Below, piece by piece: positions 53,876 through 64,000 of a stretch of 64,000 nucleotides of DNA. Source of the stretch: Octopus vulgaris (lineage: Eukaryota); NCBI GenBank assembly GCA_951406725.2, contig OX597819.1, positions 120,094,001 through 120,158,000 on the forward strand, read 5' to 3'. A program made the position numbers and the translations under genes. Positions within the stretch are counted from its first letter, which is position 1. Each line of letters starts with the position of its first letter. The notes below the pieces were generated by a model. It saw only the letters and a program-made list of their open reading frames with translations, was not told where the DNA came from and did no database searches.

Positions 53876-54081
53876 CTCGTAATATGCCTTAGCTCTTCTC
53901 TCTTTTCCCACACACACAAACCACACACCCTATGTATAAGTTATATGTTTGTAAGTGGACATATACGTATATATGTATATATGTATGTATATATATATAT
54001 ATAGATAGATAGATAGATAGATATAGATATAGATATATATATATATATATAAACATATATATATGCATATATATCCATATA

Positions 54082-54115
<34 letters not shown>

Positions 54116-54239
54116 CAGGTTAGTTTGAGGCTTATATATATACATAATATATATGTGTGTGTGTGTATATATGTATATATATATATATATATATATGTAT
54201 ATACAGGTTTGCTGAGCGTGTGCAGACACATAAGATATA

Positions 54240-54275
54240 TAATGATAATAATAATAATAATAATAATGATAATAA

Positions 54276-54370
<95 letters not shown>
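54240..54370. repeat. (AAT)n microsatellite
   Basis: Directly visible. Confidence 0.97.
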
Positions 54371-55033
54371 TATGTATACACACACATACGCATACACGAA
54401 CAACAACCATGCGTACACTTTAGTCAGTGCAATATAACTGAGACTGTACGCATGTATATACATCCATTTATCTAAGTGCATCTGAGTGAATTGAGAACAC
54501 GAAGAGAATACATATCGATGTGTTTGTCCTTCATTTTAATCCTAGTACGGCAAATTGTTGTAAATTTGGGGAAGTACGTGTATATGTGGGTCTATATAAA
54601 ATGATATTGCGCCACATGGATTTAAGAATCACTTGAGGTACAGTATTGATCTCATATTTATTACAGCAATGTAATTTTATATTCTCAAATACCACAAAAC
54701 TAGAAACATGCCGCAATTATCGGTAACTTCTTCACTGACGCCCAAAGTTTAAAAAACGCCTTGGAAATCAAACAGTAGATAAATTTGTATATGTGTGTAT
54801 GCTTGTGTGTGTTTGTGTTTGAAATATGTGTTTGTGTGTTTGTGAATCTGTGTGTTTCTCTATTTTTGACTGTGTCTTAGTGATAGTTTGTATGCATTTA
54901 GGTGTATGACAGACGCTTTATATGTATGTTTCGTTTCATTTCTTCACAGTTGCTGTGAAGAAGAGGGATGAGAATTTGGATTCTATTCAACAGAAAAAAA
55001 ACTTCACTATATTAATATATTGCATATATTCTA

Positions 55034-55160
55034 CAGGGTGTCCACAAAGTCTGCGTACATGGGGATTAACACATACTCCAAGAAATTATTATTTCTTTTA
55101 TTTAATTCTTTATGTTGTGATTTTATTTACTCTACGTACCCAGACTTTGTGGACATCCTG
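55034..55160. mobile_element. 127-bp Tc1/mariner MITE
   Basis: TA|CAGGGTGTCCACAAAGTCTGCGTAC ... GTACCCAGACTTTGTGGACATCCTG|TA. Confidence 0.9.
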
Positions 55161-55707
55161 TATTATAAACCTGGGCCCAAAATTCCTTTGTGAGTGAACT
55201 TCGTAGACAGAAACACTTCAGCTGCCAGTCGTATATACATGTATGTATGCGTCAATGTATGTATGTATGTATGTATGTATGTATGTATGTATGTATGTAT
55301 GTATGTATGTATGTATGTATGTATGTACGTACGTATGTATGTATGTATGTGATTATTCAGTTTTATTCCAAGATTTCTTGACAAATTAGAAAGGGCCAAT
55401 TCCAAGATCCAAAGTTCTTTCATTGGATTTCAACAACAGGGTATTTTTGTATATATGTATACATGCAGATTCGTATGTTTTGCTTTATGTATGTCTTCTC
55501 ATACATATAGTTGTATATCTAGACAGGTTCATATATACCAAAATGATAAACTTAAGGAAAGTTTTACAGATTTTTACAGTTCCAGTGATGGCTTGCACCA
55601 GTAGTCTTCGAATCAGCTTTCTCCTTTCTAGTTTTGAGAAGCCCAATTTCTCAAGATTGGTATTTATGTACATATGAATGTAAGTATGTATGTCTATGTA
55701 TATGTAT

Positions 55708-55868
55708 AGGCGTAGGAATGGTTGTGTGGTAAGTAGCTTGCTAACAAACCACATGATTCTGGGTTCAGTCCCACTACGTAGAAGTGCCTTCTACTATAGC
55801 CTCGGGCCGACCAAGCCTTGTGAGTGGATTTGTTACACGGAAACTGAAAGAAGCCCGTCGTATATATG

Positions 55869-55914
<46 letters not shown>

Positions 55915-56125
55915 AGAGTGTGTATTTGTATTCCCTTCCCCAGCATTGCTTGACAACCGATGGTGGTGTGTTTAGGTCCCCGTAACTTAACGGTCCGACA
56001 AAATGGAACGATAGAATAAGTACTAGGCTTACAAAGAGTAAGTCCTGGGGTCGATTTTCTCGACTAAAGGCGGTGCTCCAGCATGACCACAGTCAAATGA
56101 CTAAAACAAATAAAATAGTAAAAGT
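55708..56125 (+). mobile_element. OK-like SINE
   Basis: Near full-length copy. Confidence 0.88.
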
Positions 56126-56855
56126 GTATATCCTTTATATATTTTCCAATGTGATCTAAAATATGATATTCGAAACACAATTGATTCTGGAAGGCTAGTT
56201 AGTTATGCTAGTAAAAAATTTCCGAATGCTTGTACTAAAATTTAGTAGCTATCTCACCTAGTAAATCTCACACCAATGTAAAATCTGCATCACAAAGTCA
56301 TTTTGACGTTTATGCTTCAGAAAATATAGTTTATGTCCCGTAGTTACTAACACTCCAGAATGTTCGCCTGAATCACATGTCCAGATGCTGTTGCTACATA
56401 AACAATTGTTCGGCTCATTACTAAAACAAAAACATATATATCACCAGCTTCCTTTCCCAGGCGCAGAGTTTATCTCTTGAGTTTTTATCCAATCATAAGG
56501 CAATTTATATTTTTATAGCATTTTCCCTCAAACTGTTGCATTCTCTGACTCACTAACATCGTCTCCTTTTCCTCTCAGTTATAATAGTGATTTAAGCTAT
56601 CTCTCACTTTCTCTCTTTCTCTCAATCTAGAAGACATTTCCGTTTCCTTCTAAGTAGACCTCAAGCATTTGTTTTTGGGGAAAAAACTGCATAAAATGTC
56701 TCTCACAATCAATTTGTAATATTTTAGTTATGGACATGTCGTCTCCTCGGTTTGGTCACTACAATCTGGTGGAAGTGATAAGAACCCAGCTTACTCAGAG
56801 GAGGTTAATAGATACTCATCACTTCCCACCAGATTTAGCCTATGCGTATCTATAA

Positions 56856-56886
<31 letters not shown>

Positions 56887-56904
56887 GCGTGTTGTGTGTG
56901 TGTG

Positions 56905-57063
56905 TATTGATAGAAATGACAAGACAACAAAAGAAAGAGACTTCGATATTATGTAAATAGAGGAATTTATCTGTAAATATAATATGTGACAATTATTCGG
57001 TAGCCATGATAAACTCGGAGTTTTATCATGGCTACCGAATAATTGTCACAGTTTATATTTACA
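56905..57063 (-). mobile_element. Fold-back PLE-type fragment, same family as 59377-59633
   Basis: Palindrome 56972-57063 centred on AAACTCGGAGTTT, which is HHR stem III in the longer copy. Confidence 0.8.
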
Positions 57064-57155
57064 TATATATGTATATATATATTTAAATATATATATGTAT
57101 ATAAATATATATTTATACATATATATATTTATTTATCTATATATGTATATATTTA

Positions 57156-57273
<118 letters not shown>

Positions 57274-58012
57274 AATGTCGAACGATGAAATGACTGCTCA
57301 ACACCGCATTGGTGGATATATAATTTCTTTATTTAGTTCATGCTAATAAAAGTAGGAAAATATACTAGTGCCAATAATTTTAAAACTAATCGCAAGAAGG
57401 TTTTCGCCTCCATTTTGAAAAACACCCTTAATTCACAAATAAAGAATATATATAAATATATTCGCAAAAAAACATCTACCCGCCTCCTTCTTTAGTTAAA
57501 TCACACAAATATGCGTGTATGTGTATATATAATACACGTCCTATGAAATACGACACATCCACATTTGGATCTCAGTGTCCCTCACTCTACTCTTATATTC
57601 AGTGTTGTCTGACTCGAAGGATTAGACCACGGAAGGATAGTCCATTATGAAGAATACTAGCCGCATGATAGTAATGATAAAATACAGGCATATGTATGCT
57701 ATTCAATGCTTTATAAAGCATATATGTGTTTATTGAAACTGTTGCCATGATTATATAGTTTGTATATATATCAGCCTGTTAAAATTCCCCGTTCTTTTGT
57801 TGAATACTGAAGAGAGTAAACAAAATTATATATTTCAACTGCAAGTATGTACTCCTGATACTAATTTACCGAAACTCATGAATGGTTTATAAGGCAAGAA
57901 AATAAATACTTTAATTAAATAAAGAGTAGATTATACAATAGTTTACCATCGATTAGTACTGAGCTTCGCTTATGCAAAGAAATTCTCATAACACACGACG
58001 TATTATGTATCA

Positions 58013-58397
58013 GTGGAGGCGCAATGGCCCAGTGGTTAGGGCAGCGGACTCGCGGTCGTAGGATCGCGGTTTCGATTCCCAGACCAGGCGTTGTGAGTGT
58101 TTATTGAGCAAAAACACCTAAAAGCTCCACGAGGCTCCGGCAAGGTGGAGGGAACCCTGCTGTACTCTTTCACCACAACTTTCTCTCACTCTTACTTCCT
58201 GTTTCTGTTGTACCTGTATTTCAAAGGGCCGGCCTTGTCACTCTCTGTGTCACGCTGAATATCCCTGAGAACTGCGTTAAGAGTACACGTGTCTGTGGAG
58301 TGCTCAGCCACTTACACGTTAATTTCACGAGCAGGCTGTTCCGTTGATCGGATCAACCGGAACCCTCGTCGTCGTAACCGACGGAGTACTTCCATCC
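58013..58397 (+). mobile_element. tRNA-Arg-derived SINE, OR-like long form
   Basis: TGGCCCAGTGG A box, GTTTCGATTCC B box; TSD ATTATGTATCA at 58002-58012 and 58398-58408. Confidence 0.92.
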
Positions 58398-58941
58398 ATT
58401 ATGTATCATCAATGTTGTACATTATATAAACTGCGATTATATAATGCGTGCATTAGATCAATAAGGAAAACATTCTCTTTTCCTCTGATATTTATATTCA
58501 TAATTTTTCTTTCATTTCACAGCGACAGGTTAAAAGTCTCCGAATAGTTAATTTTAATAGTGAAAATATTAACTAATACTTTACTCATTCAAGTAGCAAA
58601 TGTACAAATAATTTATAAGTGGCTTCATCATCAATAAACAAATACACTTATATAAGAAATGTATTGTGAAAAAAAACAAGTGATGTATTTATGTATATAT
58701 ATATATATATATATATATGGGTGATTTCAGAAAATTGCATAATGTGAATGAATTCTCAATGGATTTATGCAAATATAGCTGAAGTATTTTTTGAAAGATA
58801 TTAAATGTTATGCATATTCTGTCAGAAGTATGATCACAAGAAAACACTTCAGTCTAAACAGACATATCTAAAAGCGCACATAGTCACACAAGCAAATGCA
58901 ATCACACACACATACAAACATATATGTATGCATATATATAC

Positions 58942-59030
<89 letters not shown>

Positions 59031-59034
<4 letters not shown>

Positions 59035-59314
59035 CAGTGGTTAGGGCAGCGGACTCGCGGTCGTAGGAACGCGGTTTCGATTCCCAGACTGGGCGTTGTG
59101 AGTGTTTATTGAGTGAAAACACCTAAAGCTCCACGAGGCTCATGCACGGGGTGGTGGCGATCCCTCCTGTACTCTTTCGCCACAACTTTCTCTCACTCTT
59201 TCTTCTGTTGGCCTACTCGCTTAGCCAGCGGGGTGGCGTCATTTGAAGGCTAAAACAATGCGAAGCGCATTATGACCAGCATTGTGTAGCTCATCTGATA
59301 ACCTGGCCGGTCAC

Positions 59315-59318
<4 letters not shown>
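59031..59318 (+). mobile_element. tRNA-Arg-derived SINE, OR-like short form (alternative tail)
   Basis: Same head and core as 58013 up to CTCTCACTCTT, then a different approximately 115-bp tail. Confidence 0.85.
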
Positions 59319-59376
<58 letters not shown>

Positions 59377-59379
<3 letters not shown>

Positions 59380-59633
59380 ATAAAAACGGTAAGCTATCAA
59401 AAGAAAGAAAGCGACCTCGATATTATGTAAATAGTGGTATTTATCTGTAAATGTATTATGTGACAATTATTCGGTAGCGAAGATGAAACTCCGAGTTTCG
59501 GACGCCGAGGTGGAAACCCATGCCACCATCTCTTCAGTTATCCGGCCATCGGATAACTGAAGAGATGGTGGCGTGGATTTCCACCTCGGCATCCGAAACT
59601 CGGAGGTTTATCTGGCTACCGAATAATTGTCAC
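59377..59633 (-). mobile_element. Fold-back PLE-type element with two back-to-back HHRs
   Basis: Arms 59459-59544 / 59550-59633. Plus HHR CGGATAA-CTGAAGA(59557-59563)-gatg..catcc-GAAAC(59595-59599)TCGGAGGTT-TATCTG; mirror HHR on minus. Confidence 0.85.
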
Positions 59634-59744
59634 ACACACACATATACATATATGAAACTTACTTGCAAAATGATGCGTGGCGTTCGATCATATAATAATA
59701 TAAACAATATATATAAATATGCATATATATATACCTGTAGCCCG

Positions 59745-61740
59745 TCTCTTCTATCTACTTCATAATCTCCCCCCGACGGTATCGATAGCCCGTTCATGCA
59801 TGTTGATCTTGCCCCTCTTCAAGACTAACGCACCAAACTTTCTCAGTCTGAACTCCATTCTGATATCAGCACTGAAGATGTACACCGTGTCAACGACGGA
59901 ACTGACTTGGGCTTCATCTTTACCATAAAGTTTGAGGTCATCCATGAATAACAAATGGTTGACTTTTTGCTGGCGGCTTTTGAATACTTACCCATCTTGT
60001 CTTTCCTCAGTTTCAATGTTAGTGGTATCAAGCAGAGTACAAAGATCAGTGGGGACAGGCAGTCCCCTTGGAAGATGCCCCTCATAATATCTACTGTCCC
60101 TAAACTTCTTCCGTATGCTGTTAGGTCCGTCCTCCAATTCACCATACTTTTTACAAGCAATTGCTCAACATTCGATGCAATACCAAATAGGTTCATACAT
60201 TCCATTATCGAAAAATGTGGGACATTATCGTACGCCTTACGATGGTCGATCCATGACATGGCTAACTTATTTTCCCTCCTTTTGCAGTCTTTAAATAAAG
60301 TTTTGTCTATCAGGAGTTGATCTTTGTTACATCTGCGCTTATGCTTGCAACCCTTCTGCTCATGTGGCAGTACTCCATTTTTTTTTTGCAGATGTTCGTA
60401 CATTGACTTTGTGAGTATTCCTGTCAATAACTTCCACATAAGTGACAAATAGGATATCGGCCTACCTTATTGCCTTTTTTGATGTTTTTCAGGCACAGCA
60501 CTGTCCTACCCAATGTCAACCACTCTGGTATTCCTAGGTCGGCATTAAACAAGGTGTTGAGTTGCGCAGCAATTTGTGCATGACATTCACCAAATCTTTT
60601 GATCCAGTAGTCTTGAACTCCATGTGGTCCCGGAGCCTTCCAGTTACTTATTTTTTTGCTGATTTCCTTCACGTCCTTGACTGAGACGACTAGTTCTGCC
60701 TGTTTTGGACAGGCTCCTGGTTGTTTCAGTTCTTGCAACCATTCAGCATCCTTCTTGTGCTCCGTGTCTGCTCACTTTCAATTTTATATGGTATCATCTT
60801 TTCACTTTTACACTCTCCATTTATTTCTTTGTAGAATCTCTTCTGATCTACTCTGAAAAACCTATTGTGGTCGTAATCCTTCATTCGTTGGTCGTATCTT
60901 ACCATATTTGCCTTCTTTGCAACAAGGCGCTGTTTCAGTTCCACCAATATCACTTTCAGGCCCTTTCTTTCAATATTATACTTCTTTTTCTGCGCCCTGT
61001 AATTTTGCTTGCTTTTAAGCTCCCTTTGTCTTTTCGGTCTAACACAGAAATTTTCCTTCGAGAGCATGTCTAACCCTGCGTGTATTCTTCTTTTTTTCCC
61101 TTTCTTGGCTCAGTTTCCACCGCTCAGCCCTTTTAAGGTTGCAAATTATGTCGCTATCGTTCTCTTGTATTCTGTCGTAGATTGCCTTTTGTTCCTCTGT
61201 CATGTCGCCATTAGTTTTATTGTCTTCTTTTAGATCATCTTCATACCTCTCATCAAGTAAGCTACCAGTGCTCCTTTCCTGTGCTATGAGATTACTTATA
61301 TTAGTATAAACTGTATTTTCATCGTTATCTCTGCTGCTATTTTCCAAGGCCCGTCCTTTGATAGTATCGATCTCTACTTCTGTAAACCAACGATTTTTTT
61401 CTTAGTGTTCTAGCTTCATAACATAATCTCTGTTCTTTGTTGAAACAATCCCTTTTCCTTCCAATGATCATGCATACGTTGTCAGTAAGCCCAAATTGGA
61501 GCACCATTTTCATCTGCAGGGTTTATTATGTAGTAACACTCCATGACTACAGCATTAATTTGTTTGCTCCATCTACGCCGTGTGTGGTGGTCCCTTTCTG
61601 GATATCGTCAGGCTGGAACCGGACAATAATCTCTGAGCCTGCCGGGTGCAACACTGTCACCATCAGTGGCTTCGGTTTCATTACTACCATTATTAACAAT
61701 ATTTTGTTTTTTTCTTTTTCATTGTCACTCATATGAGGTA
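59745..61740 (-). pseudogene. Decayed R4/Dong-clade non-LTR retrotransposon (N-terminal region + RT; 3' part missing)
   Basis: [72 protein letters not shown]; many frameshifts. Confidence 0.85.
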
Positions 61741-61984
61741 CCGATTATCAGGTTGCGCAGTTACCAATGTTGCTATTGTGACACCATCACTACATGTATA
61801 ATTAACCAGGACATGGAGAGGCTCCACCCACTTCCTTTCAGTATTATTATTTTATCTTCTCTGATATCACTGATATTATTGCTTTTATTTTTATACTATT
61901 TGTCACTTCTATATTAACAGACTCAGAGGTTACACAGGTGTGTTAGTATTGGTAGTTGGGCTCCATATTCCTGTGCTATCAGAA

Positions 61985-62226
61985 TAGTAGTAGTTGTAGT
62001 ATTAGCAGCTACAGCACATATCTTTATTTTTAGCTTTATCATTATCGCCATTACCACCACTACTATTATTATTACCATTATTACTATTTCCATTTATTAT
62101 TAAAAAAATGTGTAAATGTTCTTTATTTTCAATTTTTGTTATTATTATTGCTGTTGTTGTTGTTGCTTTTGCTATTATTATTACTATCATTATTATTATT
62201 ATCATATTTATTATTATTATAAGTAA

Positions 62227-62263
<37 letters not shown>

Positions 62264-62282
62264 TGTTGTTGTTGTTGCTGTT

Positions 62283-62354
<72 letters not shown>

Positions 62355-62356
62355 AT
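61985..62356. repeat. Compound trinucleotide repeats (TAT/TAG/TTG)n
   Basis: Directly visible. Confidence 0.9.
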
Positions 62357-63782
62357 TAATATTCATACGATCGGTATTGTTGTTGTTCTCATCGTGTCGT
62401 CGTCATTCGTTAAGCATAAATCAATACGATTATCACAGCTTGTTTATCAAATTAATTTACAATTTCGGCGTAAATTCAGAATCGGGTGAATATTTCTTGT
62501 GGTGTTGTGTTTGTGAGTAGAAGGAGTAGAAAATTATAAACATTTAAATAAGGCATAAAAATAAACTCTGAAAAAGTAATGAATTATTCTTCTCTTGTGT
62601 ATTAAATTGACATGAATCCATACCTTGTAATCGTTTGAGGATTATTTCTTTCATCGCAAAATTTATATTGTTAACTCCAAAAATTCAACGCCTACGTTAA
62701 GAGGAACTAACTATTCTAGCTCGAAAATATTAATAAAATATCTTTTAAAAACACTTACTGTTTATATATAAATTTTGTGTTACACCGACAGTTATCTCTG
62801 GCTGAAACAATTCCAGTAGACCCGAGATATTTGCCTGTATTTACTGGAAATTTTAGTGCAGCACAAAAAAACTTCGTATACGACAACCGCCATTATTATA
62901 TCAGTATGTTAATCTTAATAACCTAAATATCTCCAATACTATCTGTTCTTTGAAAAAAATAATGTCAGTTTATTCCACTGAACAAAACAAAAGTCCTTTA
63001 TTTTCTTCCATGTTCTGTCACGTCTAAATTATTTTATTTTTCTTTATTGTATTTCGTTGTTCTGTAATATAAACCCATAAAGATGCAATCGGGATGTTGA
63101 AAAAAAAAAGAACATTATCTTGATGAAGTCGTGTATTGTGAATATAATGATATGAAAGTTTTCCTATTTTTATACGACATATTGTCTCGTTTATTTCGTT
63201 GCCTTGAATGCGCATAAATGTTGAAAAGTTAATACATCAACAGATAGAAAGAAAAATTTTTCCACGGTACTTTTCCTTCCAAATAGTTCAGTATTTCTAA
63301 TAAAAATTCATTAATATACTTAACATTTTTCAGGTATTTGTTATCTTTTACTTACAGATGTATATACATTTCGCATACATTTATTTCCATTTTTAATGCT
63401 TTCCTCAATGTTTATAAATTTTGTAATCCAGATCTACAAGATGCCTTCACTGCTACAGCACAAGGGAAATATGATGAATACTGAGTACCTACACTTGGTA
63501 TCAACAATAATTACCAGGTTTCTAGCATTCGAATTTTCAAACAAATTTACCCACGTGTGGATTCCATCTGCCTCTCGTCCACTGCAGCATTCTAACGACA
63601 AGCTTTCTTCAGGGACAAAAAGATACATTACTTCATTATACAACAACTACCGCTCTAGAGACATCGCGAGAGCCTTACATTGGTGTAACTCTTACAATTG
63701 CCATCACAACGTTGCTACTTATACGCAAATTTCCGACAAGGTATCAAAAGGAAAACGGCATTCAACTGATTGTCCTAAAATA

Positions 63783-64000
63783 CCGTAAATCCTCGAGTAT
63801 AATCCGCATTTTTTTCCCAAAATTTAAAGGTCAAAATCCCTAGTGCGTACTATATACGTGGTTAAAAATGAAAATTATTTTCTAAGCAATGTCCGAGTCT
63901 CTATTTGCTGTCCGGCAATTTTTATTCAGACGCATTTTGAGATGTCGGGTGCGAAAATATCTTAAGCTAAGCCTGAAATCATTGAAGTCATAAAAGAATC
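63783..64000. mobile_element. Left end of a pogo-like TA-target DNA transposon/MITE running off the window
   Basis: TA|CCGTAAATCCTCGAGTATAATCCGCA terminus with subterminal inverted TGCGTACTATATACG. Confidence 0.55.

Noticed and set aside
56770-56825. C/D box snoRNA on minus (GTGATGA ... CTGA)
   Set aside because: The C box is buried in the stem and CTGA is not next to the 3' terminal stem.
58013-58090. tRNA-Arg-like sequence (also near 21590, 31150-31222, 37650-37720, 59031)
   Set aside because: SINE heads with downstream bodies and, in most copies, TSDs; no complete cloverleaf.
63396-63788. 130-aa non-repetitive ORF
   Set aside because: No recognisable domain, no convincing splice pair, and the stop lies in a transposon end. 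Cannot be fully excluded without RNA data.

Overview
AT-rich, repeat-saturated metazoan DNA with no recognisable host protein-coding exon and no genuine tRNA/rRNA gene. The SINE families resemble the octopus OK and OR1/OR2 SINEs, so it is probably intronic or intergenic DNA from an octopod (inference). Nearly all ORFs in the track are microsatellite artefacts. Real content: (i) a near full-length, frameshifted Penelope-like element (PLE) of Naiad type (RT + GIY-YIG, 2949-6854, minus) with hammerhead ribozymes (HHR) in direct and inverted pseudo-LTRs; (ii) about 15 further short non-coding HHR-bearing and/or fold-back PLE-type insertions in (TA)n/(CATA)n tracts, including a 540-bp-unit mini-element at 48.1-48.8 kb with the same architecture as the big element; (iii) decayed CR1-, Tx1/L1- and R4/Dong-clade LINEs; (iv) many tRNA-derived SINEs; (v) two non-autonomous Helitrons, a probable solo LTR, a MITE carrying telomeric repeats, and Tc1/mariner/maT remnants. 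The most interesting signal is the ribozyme-retroelement system: constant fold-back geometry, a putative intron spanning the tail-to-head junction whose donor is base-paired, non-canonical HHR cores (U3-A8, U6), and a 15:1 minus-strand bias. All alignments, translations and folds were done by eye; coordinates are approximate to a few bases.
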